Shown here: positions 12,911-27,701 of the stretch, in pieces
How the letters are laid out: each line of letters starts with the position of its first letter
Position numbering within the stretch: the stretch's first letter is position 1
NCBI RefSeq assembly: GCF_009914755.1
Contig: NC_060925.1
Length of the DNA stretch: 64,000 nt
From: the human T2T-CHM13v2.0 reference genome, Homo sapiens
Reading direction: 5' to 3' (one strand)
The notes under the pieces: model-generated
What the model saw: only the letters and a program-made list of their open reading frames with translations
Databases searched by the model: none
What the model was told of the DNA's origin: nothing
Translations under genes and position numbers: made by a program

Positions 12911-14135
12911 ATAAAACAGAACTTGATCTAGGGAGAAAGTCACTCAAGAAAAGCAGTGCCACAAAGCCTTTTGTTATTGGTTTGTTTAATAGCAAGCTGA
13001 GCCTGCTCTAATCATGAAGCCTAAACTTTCATAGTTCTCTTTTTGGGGAAAAACAAGCAAAGAAGTATTTCTCTTCTGAGTAAGCCTACATGGATAGTTT
13101 TCAAAGAGTGCATGCATTTCCAAAATCTCCCCATCAAAGGCATGACTATCAATACCATTGAATACCTCACAAGGACATCTAGGATAGATTTTTGACTCGC
13201 CATAAAAAAGATAGCCTTGAATTCTCAGCAACATCAGTTGATTGGGCCAGAGATGTAGTTCCTGTTTTTCAAGAATTTGTACCCCAGGACCTGGATAGAG
13301 TATCATTTAAGTATTTTCTATAACCCTGTGTTGAGTATATTTATGTGGACAATGGGGCAGGATGTTGAGGAAACCTGTGAAATATAATCATTAAAGTAGG
13401 GACCACATCCTGGAATTAGAAATGAGCAGTGTTTGAATGATTACATAAGAAGAGAATTTGACAGTTTAAATTCTTATCCAAAAACATATGTAGTTTTATC
13501 CACTTGAAAGTAAATTACTTTTAGAGTGACAGGAGATTAGCTGCAGAAGTCTCATCTGAATACAAAACGTCATCTACCTCTGTTTAATACCCGGAGGTGC
13601 AAGTCATGGGGAAACTGGGTTTTGATGCCCAGAAATGGTCTCTTTCACATTCAGTGATTGAATTGCAAAGCTAACTTAATTCTGGAAGTACTAGCAACAC
13701 TTTCACATTTAGGGGTTATGTCTTAAAAATATAGGTCCGGGATGAATTATTTAAAGCTGAGAATTCAAAAACATATTTCTCTTTGCTGGCTTCCTATAGC
13801 TGTGGCTTTGAATCCAAATTCTTGGCATTCAAGTCTCCTTCTCATCTGGCCTTGCCTTCAACTTTTTATTCAACATGCTCTGTGGCCATGCACCTTGCCT
13901 CAGTTGGGCCATTCTGTCCACTGTCAGGCCCAGCTTGGCTTCCATGTCTTTGTTCCTGTTGGGTCCACTCCAGCTGTCTACCTTCAAGTCCAAGACAAGC
14001 AGACTACACCCCAGTGATCAATCATGGTAAACAACTGTCCCTTTTAGGCTTATTTGAAGAGCATCACCACAATTTTATTCTTGTTTCACTCTGGTTTTCT
14101 CTGGCCCCTCTTTGGCTTATTTACAGTTTCTGTCC

Positions 14136-14577
14136 TATAAGAGTTAAAGAAAGAAGAAAGAAACACAAAAAGCAGCTCAACAGTCAAAGACAGGTTTATT
14201 CTGGAGAATAAACCTGAGAGGGGCTTCTGGCCGATTTCGGTCAGAAGCATTCTCCCTTACAGACTAAGGGTATTTAAGGGCTTAGGGAGAGAGAGCTTAT
14301 AATGGGCTTGGAATGGTTCTGTGTGGAGGAGAGTTTTATTGTGGGATTGGAATGTCTCTGGTTGGAGGGAAGGTAATCTTGGGGCTGGCAAGTTTCTAGT
14401 CAGAGGGGAGATTATCTCAGAGTTGGAATGTTTCTGGTCAGAGATATCACTTGTGGTTATGGTCATGCTGACATTAGCCATAAGGCTGATATTTTTGGGC
14501 TGGATTTAGGAGGTTTTTAATCAACAGGAACTTAAAATGCAGTGTTTGTCCAAGATGGCGATGCTCCTGCTCTGTCA
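14136..14577 (-). mobile_element. ERV1 solo LTR (possibly LTR15-like)
   Basis: Minus strand starts tgacagagcaggagcatcgccatcttggac; AATAAA near 3' end; 5-bp TSD tgtcc at 14131-14135 and 14578-14582; subfamily tentative. Confidence 0.8.
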
Positions 14578-14794
14578 TGTCCCCCTTCCTGTTTTTCACC
14601 CATTGGCCTTATTAACTGACCCTGATCTTCAACTGTATACCTTGGCATTCCCAGGTGGCTTAACTCTCTGGAGATTAACTCTGGCTTCTTTTCTCTGATT
14701 CTTTCCAACAGAATATAACATTCTAACTAAGTCCCACTGAGATCCAAACAATGTCCTAGCTTGCTAGGCTAAATACCTGCATTTCTGAGTGCAG

Positions 14795-15346
14795 GTGTGG
14801 TGTGTGTATGTAAGTGTTGATGTGTGCATGTGTGTGTGACGTGTGTGGGGTGTATATGTATGTGTGTGGTGTGCATGTGTATGTGTGTGTAGTTGTGTGT
14901 GTGCATGTGTATGCATGTGTAGTTGTGTGTGTGTGTCTGTGTGTGCATGCCTGTGTATGCGTGTGTAGTTGTGTGTGTGCGTGCCTGTGTATGCGTGTGT
15001 AGTTGTGCATGTGTGTCTGTGTGTGCATGCCTGTGTATGCATGTGGAGTTGTGTGTGTGTGTCTGTGTGTGCATGCCTGTGTATGCGTGTGTAGTTGTGT
15101 GTGTCTGTGTATGCGTGCCTGTGTATGTGTGTGTAGTTGGGTGTGTCTGTGTGTGCATGCCTGTGTATGCATGTGTAGTTGTGTGTGTCTGTGTGTGCGT
15201 GCCTGTGTATGTGTGTGTAGTTGTGTGTGTGTCTGTGTGTGTGTGTGCATGTGTATGCATGTGTAGTTGTGTGTGGGTGTGTGTGCATGTGTATGTGTGT
15301 GTAGTTTGTGTGTGTGTGTGCGTGCATGTGTATGCGTGTGTAGTTG
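14795..15346. repeat. TG-rich compound minisatellite (~32-46 bp unit ending in tgtagtt)
   Basis: Recurrent unit gtgtgtgtctgtgtgtgcatgcctgtgtatgcgtgtgtagtt with variable (TG)n lengths. Confidence 0.92.
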
Positions 15347-15480
15347 CAGTGTTCAGTTTTCCCCATTAGGAATGATTACCTTTTTCTGTCTTACCCAGGC
15401 AAAATTTGTTGTGGGAAAGTTGATTAACCTCTAGGAGCCTCAATATTCATTTATCTACTCACTTCAAAATGCTGTTGTGA

Positions 15481-15637
15481 GGCCAGGTGTTGTGGCTCAT
15501 GCCTGTCGTTTCAGTTACTCAGGAGGCTGAGGTGGGAAGGTCACTTGAGCCCAAGAGTTAGAGGCTGCAGTGAACTAAGATCGAGCCACTGCACTCCAGC
15601 CTGGGCAACAGAGCGAGGCCTCATCTCTGAAAAAAAC
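15481..15637 (+). mobile_element. Alu monomer (FRAM/AluJ right arm)
   Basis: ggccaggtgttgtggctcatgcctg..gaggctgcagtgaactaagatcgagccactgcactccagcctgggc + short A tail. Confidence 0.82.
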
Positions 15638-15649
15638 TGTGGTTGTATG

Positions 15650-17011
15650 GAATGGAATAGAGAGCTCAGAAATAAGACCACATGCCTACAACCATCTGAT
15701 CTCTGACAAACCTGACAAAATAAGCAATGGGAAAAGTGTTATTTATTTAATAAATGGTGCTGGGAGAACTGGCTGGCCATATGCAGAAAATTGAAACTGG
15801 ACCCCTTCCTTACACCTTATACAAAAATTGACTCAAGATAGATTAAAGACTTAAATGTAAAACCCAAAACTATAAAAACCCTAGAAGAAAATCTAGGCAA
15901 TACCATTCAGGACATAGGCATAGGCAAAGATTTCATGATGAAAACACCAAAAGCAATAGCAACAAAAGCAAAAATTGACAAATGGGATCCAATTAAACTA
16001 AAGAGCTTCTGCACAGCAAAAGAAACTATCAACAGAGTAAACAGACAACCTACAGAGTGGGAGAAAATTCTTGCAATCTATTCATCTGACAAAGGTCTAA
16101 TATCCAGAGTCTACAAGGAACTTAAACAAATTTACAAGAAAAAAACAAACAATCCCATTAAAAAGTGGGCAAAGGGCATGAACAGACACTTCTTGCAAGA
16201 AGATATTCATGTGGCCAACAAACATATGAAAAAAAGCTCAACATCACTGATCATTAGAGAAATGCAAATCAAAACCACGAGATACCATCTCACACCAGTC
16301 AGAATGGCAATTATTAAAAAGTGAAGAGATAACAGATGCTGGCAAGGTTGCGGAGAAAAAGGAACACTTTTACACTGTTGATGGGAGTGTAAATTAGTTC
16401 AACCATTGTGGAAGACAGTGTGGTGATTCCTCAAATACCTAGAGGCGGAAATAGGAAATATCATCTGATCCAGCAATCCCATTACTGGGTATATACTCAA
16501 AGAAATGTAAACCATTCTATTTTAAAGATATATGCATGCTTATGTTCACTGCAGCACTGTTCACAACAGCAAAGACATGGAATCAACCCAAATGCCCATC
16601 AGTGATAGACTGGATAAAGAAAATGTGGTATATATACACCATGGAATACTATGTAGCCATAAAAGGGAATGAGATCATGTCCTTTGCGGGGACATGGATG
16701 GAGCTGGAAGCCGTTATCCTCAGAAAACTAACATAGGAACAGAAAACAAACACCGCGTGTTCTCACTTAAAAGTGAGAGCTGAATGATGAGAACACATGG
16801 ACACATGGAGGGAAATAACACATGCTGGGGCCTGTTTGCAGGGCAGGAGGAGGGAGAGCATCAGGAAGATTAGCTAATGGATTCAGGGCTTAATACCTGG
16901 GTGATGGGTTGATCTGTGCAGCAAACCACCATGGCACATGTTTACCTGTGTAACAAACCTGCACATCCTGTTCTTGTACCCCAGAAATTAAAACAAAGTT
17001 GAAGAAAAAAA
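15650..17011 (+). mobile_element. 5'-truncated L1PA (older primate subfamily)
   Basis: ORF 15935-16324 is L1 ORF2 ([41 protein letters not shown]); complete 3'UTR and A tail. Confidence 0.95.
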
Positions 17012-17429
17012 TGCTGTTGTATGCATTTAAATAAATAACAATGATCTGGCACCTGGCAGAGTCCCCCTTCCATGGCACACGCGAAGTGCTCAAGAAGCAG
17101 GTGCCCATCTCCAGTCTTCACACTGTCATGTGATCAGATTTCTCTAGCCAGATTTCTGGTGCTATTTTCCTTTTCTGATATTCCGTAGCACTTAAATTTG
17201 AACACCAAAGTTGATAATTCACTCTCATATTAACTTGTATTATCCTCTTAATTTTGGTATCTTACACGAAACTGAGCAAGCAGTAGGCCCTCAATAAATA
17301 TCTCATGACAGTGGAGATGTAGAGATGTAGAGAGAAAACAAGAAAAACCAAGAGAGGCCTAGAAGAATGCACTCTTTAATGATACCTGCGTCTGAGCATA
17401 CCAGATAGATTTCCAAGTTGGAGCCCACT

Positions 17430-18021
17430 TGTAAAAAGTAAAGTAGAGGTTCCTCTTCAAAGACTTCCCTCCTCATCTAATTAGGAATAAATAGTAACTT
17501 CTCTTAGAAAGCAAAATTTATTCAAAGACCTGTGCTAACATTCCTAAATATCTGCTAGCTGTAATAAAGAAATCAATGTATTTTATGTTCTTAGCTCCCA
17601 CAATTTAGCCTAAATATTTGCCCTGGCATGCTTATACTGGTCCAAGCAAGCATTAGGTCATAGCCTGTTCCTCTTCCTTATTTGAAGATGTTTTTACCTT
17701 TCTCAGCATTCTGCAAGTTACTTCCTCCTTCTTTTGTTCTCCTCTGCCTTTGCCTCTTTTAAAAAGTTCTAAGTTGCCAGCCAATCAGGACAAACACAGA
17801 ATGTGAGGAACCGTTCTAGCCAATGGAAACTGGACACAGCAGTAGGGTGGACGTGTCAGGTTATAAATGACCCTGTCTCCTTTGTTTGGTGTTCTCTAGT
17901 GGCAAAACTGCTGGCGAGTGTACCCTTTCTGCAGAAAGTGAAAAAATGGCCTTGCTGAGGAAATTAAATTTATGTTCAAGTGCTATTTCTTTACGGCACC
18001 AGGGAACAAGCATTCCTAACA
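17430..18021 (+). mobile_element. LTR10-family (LTR10C-like, HERV-I) solo LTR
   Basis: TG..CA termini, 592 bp, 4-bp TSD cact (17426-17429 / 18022-18025); two CCAAT boxes (~17781, ~17820) and TATAAA (~17862). Confidence 0.85.
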
Positions 18022-19944
18022 CACTGAAGATCACTCTTCTACCCTAAAGCACATAAAACAAGCCACAAATTCCCTCTGAAGATCGGATATTTATCCTTCC
18101 ACTCTAAACATATCAACTCCTTACATCTCTCCCCTTCTTCCCACCATAGGCACCAGATCTCAAGGTGCCATAAAACAGAATGCAGTATAACCTCACAAAT
18201 AGGTGGGGGACCCACACTCCAAAATGTTGTTAGTGCCTCATAGATTGTTGTTGTAGTCATAGGGCTGAGGAAATGCGGCCATTCCTCTAGTCTTTCTATT
18301 AAGTGTATTCCAGCAAGCCTGTTCTTTTTCTTTACAAGAACACCCCTTCCCCTTTTACTTGAATTAGTCAGCGGGTTTCTGCTAAATGACGAAGACTCCT
18401 AGGAAGGCGAGTCGAGAAGCCCGAAGCAATCTCTCGGGTGTTGAGAAGCTGTGTAAAAGCCTTGGGACAGTGCTGAGCTCCCCAAAACACATGTCCCTTC
18501 AGAGAAGAAATTCATGCATTTTCCTTCCACCCATATGGCATCATACATAGTATTTTGCAAGCAGTTACCCAAGGAAATGACAGCAGGAAGCCATTTGCAG
18601 AAAGCTTCAGTTTGTGGGCTCCCCTGAGTGGGGGCTCATTTTTTCACAGAAGGAGCTTCACATTAATGGGGTTCTGTGGCATTTGAAAGGCTCTTGATTG
18701 GCTTTGAAAGGAAGCCAAGTGAACTCTAACTGCTGACCGGTCCTAATTCTACTCATGTGTCTAAGTTTCTTTCTTTTGGTCAATCTGACAATCAACATTA
18801 GCAGATTAGTTAGGATAGCTTTTCCGAATACTTCCAGGATGGCTGCCATTTTTTTTAAGGAAAGCCAGAGGAATTGGTCTGAAGTCATTATTCCTGTAAG
18901 AGAAAAGCAGCATTTGCTCTCCCATCTCTTCTCTGCAGGAGTAGTGATTAGTTGCACCATGGAATTCTAAGCCTCCTCTTTCAGCAATTACAGAACCTTC
19001 TATTATGAGCTTGTTGAGAGTTGGTTAGAGTAAAATTTTGCCTATTTTCTTGCTTCACAGGAAAATCAAATTCTGTTCCTTTGCCCAAGGCAACTGTGCC
19101 TCTAAACCTGTTCAGTGCATCTGGCTATTGAGATCAATGGCAACACAAACACAATTGGGCCATGTTTCTCTTATGAGCCAATCACTCCTTTTCACAAATC
19201 TCAGCAGTGTCAGATTAAGTGAGCCGCAACTGCGCAGAGCCATCCATCAAAACAAATCAGCCAACCCATAAATAAACTTCTGGGATGCCTCAAGGGATTT
19301 AGAAGAATTTATCCTTGTCTCATTCTTTTGTTCAATACGCAACTCCTGTAGCATGTAGAGCCGTACGTGCTGCCCTAGCCTACCCCACTGGAACTGCAAG
19401 TGGTGACTTCCAGAGGAGCACACTGCTGGGAATAGTTTCTGAGGACAGTGCAGGTGAATGGACTTAGGAAGAAATGATACTTCACAGAGAAGCAATCTCT
19501 CAAAAGATTCTGTGTGTGACAGATATGGGAACCATATTTCCTGTTCCAGTGATAAGGAAACATGGTTGTACAAAATTCAAGAGCACTGATGGGGACCCAA
19601 TTTGAAATTAGGCCTGTGCCTGGATGCATGGTTGATGCAGACAGTGTATAAGCTGGCCTAGCATCTGGCCCAGGTCCCAGCTACAATCCAGGTCTTGCCT
19701 CTGATGTCTTGCCCCTTGAGGTTTGTGAGCTTGTGGAAATTCTTTTGTGAAGATGTCACATTTTCCTGGTAATTTGTTTTATTCACCTGTCAACACTTTC
19801 AGAAAGGGAAAGAATCATCTCCATATTTCTGCATTGTATTTATTCACTGATGTTTGTCTTCCTCACCTAGAGCATGTCTTATCCACGTTTGCATGCTCAG
19901 GGCCTGACATTATGCCTTCCAGGAAGTTGTCCAAGGAAAATTAT

Positions 19945-20266
<322 letters not shown>

Positions 20267-20897
20267 CAAGGAAAATAATTGAGGCAACTCAAATAGAGGT
20301 CAAAGCCTTCATTTAGCTGATGCAATTAAGGAGCCTCTGAAGACCAGGTAATTTCCCAATCAAAGCAAGGCTGTAGCTGTATAGGGTGAGGAGGAGGCAG
20401 GCAGATGTGCCCTAGTGATTTGGGCCAGGAAAAGCTTTTGTCTTTAACTGCTATGAAACTTGCAGTGGAGGCTGTCCTGGTTTTCACACTTCTTGCTCAG
20501 GATTGTGGTGCGGTCTCATCCTGATAACGGTTAGAACAGTACTTTCACGAATGACTTTTGAAAGCTTTGCAGTTTGTTGGTTAGTCAAGGTTCACAGGCT
20601 GGGGAAGGCAAGGGGGAAAAGGGAAAGGAGGTAAGAGTTGAAGGCAATAGAGAAACAGAGTACCCTCTATCACGCCTGCTTGAGTGTTTTTTATAGAGTA
20701 AATGTTTATGAAATGTGTAAACATAAGACTGAAAGGTCTAGGGTCCATGTCGGAAATGCCTAGCATTATCCTCATTTAAATGTTACACTTATTAAAAGTG
20801 TAAAGTGAAATGGTCAGAGTGCCAGAGCTCAGAAATTTCCCACAGATCTGGGCTGAGTAGGAGGAATGAACAGGAGCTCATAAAAATGGGAAATCTC

Positions 20898-21272
20898 AGC
20901 TGGCCATGGTAGCTCATGCCTGTAATCCCAGCACTTTGGGAGGCTGAGGTGGGTAGATCCCTTAAACTTGGGAGTTTGAGACCAGCCTGGACAACATGAT
21001 GACACCCCATCTCTGCAAAAAGTATAAAAGTCAGCCAGGTGTGGTGGCTCATGTCTGTGGTCCCAGCTACTCGGGAGGTGAGATGGGAGGACAGCTTGAG
21101 CTTGGGAGGCAGAGGTTGCAGTGAGCTGATTGTGCCACTGCACTCCAGCCTGGGCGACAGAGTGAGACTCTGACCTCGAAAGAAAGAAAGGAAGAAAGAA
21201 CAGAAGAAAGGACGAAAGAAAGAATGAAACAAAGAAAGAAAGGAGGGAAAGAAGGAAGGAAGGAAGGAAGGG
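20898..21272 (+). mobile_element. AluJ with (GAAA/GGAA)n tail
   Basis: Diverged dimeric Alu; purine-rich tail 21179-21272. Confidence 0.9.
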
Positions 21273-22010
21273 AACATCTCTCCAGCTGGATGAAGTGGGC
21301 ATTTAATACAGGGCATTTCATGAGATCTCAAAAGAGAGAAAGCAGAGTCTAGTTTCCCCGATGGCAACCTCTCCCCCTCCCCAACTCCCATACTCTCAGA
21401 CTTCAGAAGAGTGGGTAGAAAGCAATACCCACAATGGTAATTCTTGGGGGTGAAGTGGGGGTAGGGAGAAGGAACCAACTGGTTCAAGGTAAGGTGAGAT
21501 GTATATCAAGGAAAAGTCACTCTTAATGTATCAAAATATTAGAAGCTTTGGACAGAACTGTCCATGTTAAGGATGAACAAGATGTAAAGAAATGGCGTGG
21601 CAAGTCTGCAAACCTCCCCCACCACCTCAACACGCATGTGAGTAAAAGAAAGGAACATTATATTGCATTCAAAATACAGAAGAAGAATCCAGTCTGGAAG
21701 AAAATATGATCCTTAGACCAGAATCATATTCCCCATGAGTATTTCGCATTATAGGCAAACTTAGGAATATAAACTCATTTTTTAAAAGAGCATAAAGAAG
21801 AAGTGGAGCAATACCCATTCAATTTTAAAAGAAAGAGTTACTCAAGAATAGTATCCCCAGCTGTCAGTGAAGTATAGAGACAACAGGTGGCCATTCACAA
21901 ACATAAAAAAGTCTAAGTATATAAGCCTCATAAGCTTCTTGATTAAAAACTTCCCAGTGATAAAATTCAACTGCTTGAGAGGTGAATCAACATTAAGAAT
22001 TTAAGAATGG

Positions 22011-22341
<331 letters not shown>

Positions 22342-22630
22342 TTATGAAACCAGCCCTGATACTGAATATTGACTTCATTTAACTGCAGAATTAAGATTAA
22401 GCAACTGGGGAGTCAGAATCACACAATAGGACATGAATATCTTGAACCCTTTGAATGTAATAATAATACACAGAACAAAATATTGGGAAGTCAGGACAAG
22501 AGGGTATTGAAGGAAGTCTCAAGAATACTAGATATCTCATCTTTCAGAGCAGGTAATCAGTATTGTCAGAATAAGGAAGCTGAAACATGTAGTTAAAAAA
22601 TGACTTCAACTTTTCAATGACTTTTGTAGT

Positions 22631-23057
<427 letters not shown>

Positions 23058-23693
23058 TAAATATGATGGGATATTTCAAGAACTAGCATCCTGGAAGCAG
23101 CATTTTCTAGCCATTTTTAAATCCATCCATCTAAATGTTTTATACACGTAGGCAAAGAAAGATGTTTGGAGCGATGTCACCAAGTGTTACCGCTGATAGG
23201 ATTTTGAGTAATTTGTTATTTTCTTCTCTTCTTTATTGTTTGGATTTTTAATAGTGATTCGACGTTTATTTTATACAAACAATAAAGACACTATTTTGAC
23301 CAAAAATGCCTGCCACTTCCACTTCATCAATCCATTTTTTATTTTCTGTTGGTCAAATTTTGGCCTCTGATAGCAATTTTTCTAAGTACATCTTCAATTT
23401 CCTGAGACACTAAATCACAAGCAAGATTAGCCAAGGGATTTCAAATGTCCTTCTTTTAAGCTGATGCAGTTTAATGATATTACCATTCAGGATAGGAAGT
23501 AGGGAAGAGTAGAGAAAGAGAGATGGATGGAAACAAAGAGATAAGCTGGAAACCTCATTTTTCCCAGAGTCCGACATGAGTGTAAGAATGCAGAAATGTT
23601 AAAAAGGCTCAGTTCTGCTTATGAGGAGCAGGAAGAGCAAGACATAAGGCATACCTTGGAGTCATAGTCCCAGAGTTAGACGGCTTCGTAGAG

Positions 23694-23878
23694 TCAGGCG
23701 TGACTCCACGCACGCCTGCACGCCTGTAGTCTTAGCTACTCAGGATGCTGAGGTGGGAGGATTGCTTGAGCCGGGAGTTCAAGGCTGCAGTGAGCTATGA
23801 TCATGCCACTACACTCCAGCCTGGGCAACAGAGCAAGACCCTGTCTCTAAAACAACAACAACAGCAACAAAACACAAC
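23694..23878 (+). mobile_element. Alu monomer (FRAM/AluJ right arm)
   Basis: cgcctgtagtcttagctactcagg..gagctatgatcatgccact..(AAC)n tail. Confidence 0.8.
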
Positions 23879-25007
23879 CACAGCGGAATAAGAGGAAGGG
23901 CTCAGAGAATGAGATGCAGAGAATGAGATGTAGGATGGAGTATTCCTAAAGGTGGAAATGAAGGTGGGGGAGATGTGTTAGGAGGATTAGAGGTTAGAGG
24001 GTTTGATACAGACACCTGTCATGCTCTGCCTGTGGCCACAGAAAGATGAAAAGTGTGTGGGAGTGCTTGGCAAGACATCAAGATGGCTAAGAAAATAGAA
24101 ATCCCTCCACGTCAAATGCATGCCTACAACCATCTCTAAATACACAGAATTACAATATAAACACAGTAAAACCTGAAGCAACTCTGGGAAAATGAAACTC
24201 TTACATTTAATCAAAATAAGATCACCGGAAACCTGATTGAAACCTTTCATGTCCCTCAGATTATGAGGGGCAACTTGAGTGGGTGAGAAATGTATTTTGT
24301 TCACCTTAGTTCAAATAATGTATGTAAAATCCAATTCTGGTCTATTCACCTGGGGAGGGGAATATCTGTTCTAACAGCACCAGCAACCACAGCAACAAAA
24401 GCAACCTGGTGTCTAATCTTAGATTCACTGCTATAAAGAGGACCCAGAAGAGGAAAAAGCCGGAGAGAGACCTTAATCAATTGGAGTTTAACCTTTGGTT
24501 CGATATGTTTCATCTTGTGGTCAGAACTGAAAGGGCTGAGACGGCTTTATTTTAAAAGTTGTGTTGATGACTGATCAAAAGCAGTTATATCTGGGAGATC
24601 ATTCAGGTGCGAGAACACTCCAAAGTAATTTCTGTTCTACTTAGCATTTATATAGCACCAGAGAGCTCCGCAGGGTTATTAATACACACCTCGCACTTTC
24701 AGAGCAATTTACAGCCATTCTGGATGCTGCCCTTATCTGTGGGGCTGGAGGGGTGGGCAGGGGCCAAGAACTCAGACTGCTCGAGCTGCTGCTTTGAAAC
24801 CATCCATTTGCCTTTCCTGTTGAGGGCGGGTTCCTGGGCTCAGAAATCGGCTTCCTCAGCAGCCCTGTCCTGATCCGTGAAGGACAACCCTCCCCTCGCT
24901 CCATGGAGCCTCTGTGGATGGGCCACTTTCTGTAGGCGAGACACACAGAGAGGATGAGGGACACGGAGAGACACCTGCAGTGTGACCCTAGACAAAACGT
25001 GGCTTTG

Positions 25008-25503
<496 letters not shown>

Positions 25504-25682
25504 CTAGGGGCCAAATCTTGAGAGTGCCTCATATTCCCAAGAGAGCTGCCAGGGACTGCCAACAACCTGGGTGGGCACCTCTCTCGGGGCTTAATAGGGG
25601 CAGTAGCACTGGCTCTCCCTCATGCCAACTTCTCACCTGTCTTTCTACAGGAAGAGACCAATATGGGCATTGACTTACATAC

Positions 25683-26079
25683 CCATCAAAGGTGGGCTGG
25701 ATAAAGGAAATGTGCTGCATATACACAGTGGAATACTATGCAGCCATGAAAAAGAATGCGATCATGTCCTTTGCAGCACATGGATGCAGCTGGAGGCTGT
25801 TTTTCCAAGTAAATTAGTGCAGGAACAGAAAACCAAAGACTGCATGTTCTACTCATAAGGGAGCTGAACACTGGGTAGTGATAAAGACGGGAACAGTAGA
25901 CACCAGGGACTACTAGAAAGGGGAGAGTGGGAGGGAGGCAAGGGCTACAAAACTACCTATTGGGAACTATGCTAACTACCTGGGTGACCGGATCAGTCAT
26001 ACCCCAAACCTTAGCATAACACAATATACCCACGTAACCCCCAATCTAAAATAAAAGTTGAAATTATTTAAAAAAAAAT
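25683..26079 (+). mobile_element. L1 3' end fragment (L1PA16/L1PB-like)
   Basis: ggaatactatgcagccatgaaaaagaatg..ggatgcagctggagg..aaaataaaagttgaaatt + A tail. Confidence 0.85.
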
Positions 26080-27701
26080 AGAGTACGGACCCCCCCACCT
26101 CAAAGAAAAAGACCAAGAGGAGAGCAGACAGGAGAGGATCTCTGGGGCTGTGCCCTGTGGAAAGTGCAGTGCTCAGTTTAAGAGGTGATTCTCTTCTTCC
26201 CATGAAACCAAATGAGGGGGCTTTAACAGAGTTACTTCTCAAGGCTGGAGGTTCCTGTCAGAAGAGAAGAGGACAGCGTGTTCCCTAAAGGGCATACAAG
26301 CCCAGGGCAACTAAGTCTGAAGGGATCCTAGTAAAAGCAATGAGCATGTCCCAAAGGGCAGTGCTTTGCACCATCTCCTGTTCCTAAGTGCAGGGCTAAA
26401 GGCCACCTCCCAGGAGGCCTTGGAATGGCCAGCTGGACATTTGTGTAGGCAGTGAGCTTGTTGGTCAGCTTGAGTGGAGGAGAAGAGAGCTGGAAAAGAA
26501 GGATGGCAGGAGAGAGGGCATGGCTGTGGGGCAGCTGGCTTGCTGAGTCTAGTGTGGCCAGGATCTGTCACCCCCAGGTTGAGTGGAAACTGTAGAACAT
26601 GGCAGAGCCCAGGCTGTTTTGCTATACTCTCAGCCAGAGGGCTGTTGGCCGGGGCAGAGGTCCTTACCCCAAGAGGCTGGAGGATAGAAGGCCAGGAGTA
26701 GACTCTTGGAAGAGTTAGAAAGCTGAGGCCAGTGCAGCTCTCTTTCCTGGGGGAGGAAGCCCAATGTTACTTCAAGGAGCCGACATGGCTGGACATTGGA
26801 GCCCATGAAGAGGCTCCCAGGGCCGGTGCGAACCCCAGCTGCAGGGGCCACCCCAGATTGTCTATCGCAGCACCTGCCCAGACACTTACCTCGCCTTTAC
26901 TCTTCTCCATTATGCAACCAGTGAAATATCAGAAAGCAGATGAAGAACAATGCAAATCATGTCAACTTTTAACTTCTTTCACCTCCTCCTTCTAGATCTA
27001 AAGTCGAGTCATAGGAATATTGAGTTTGGACAGATTGTTTAAGTTCTAATGTGACACCAAGTTTCTCATGTAAGTAAATTTTAGTATCTGTAAAATGCAT
27101 ACATTAAGATAATCTTATCTGGGGATTTAAAAAGTAAGTTTGTTTTACAACTCAATGCAAAATAATACCAGTCTTCTGTAGGAAATGTAGGAAGCACAGA
27201 TAAGTTTTTAAAAAGCTAAATCTGAACAGAAATCCCACACTGAGAAGTAATGGTGATTAGACTTTCTAGTAGTTGCTTTCCCATCATTGTATGTATGTGT
27301 GTGCTGGCATGCACACATGTGTGTGTGTGCCTGCACGGACATGGGATCATATTGCATATGCTTCATTGTAACCCACTTTTTAATCACAACATTATATTAT
27401 AAACACTTTCCATGGAATTCTTACGCAGCATCACGTATTGGATGTGCGGCATTTTTCTGTTGGACATCTCAGATAGGGAAGCCCACCTGGAAAGTCCTCA
27501 TTGTTTCTCTAATACAGTGGCTATTGGAGCTTAGCTTGTGGAAGGAGGTTTACTTTGGAGGCCTCAAATCATGACGTCTTTCTACACCTGAAATCACAGT
27601 TTCTCCCAGCCATCCAATGAGTTCTGGACTGGTGGAGTTGGAGGGGCAGCAGGAACAGGGCGAAAGTGGGAAGTGGGGCTGTGAAATCAAGGCAAGCCTG
27701 A

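Noticed and set aside
14860-15346. CRISPR-like regularly spaced repeats
   Set aside because: No unique spacers or cas genes; eukaryotic tandem repeat
14756-15369. Long His/Thr- and Cys/Val-rich ORFs (up to 200 aa)
   Set aside because: Stop-free translations of the TG minisatellite in several frames on both strands; not genes
15935-16324. 129-aa ORF with real protein similarity
   Set aside because: Fragment of a truncated L1 ORF2; not a host gene and not retrotransposition-competent
20792-21487. 231-aa ORF, the longest in the track
   Set aside because: Antisense Alu plus microsatellite tail; typical Alu-derived pseudo-ORF
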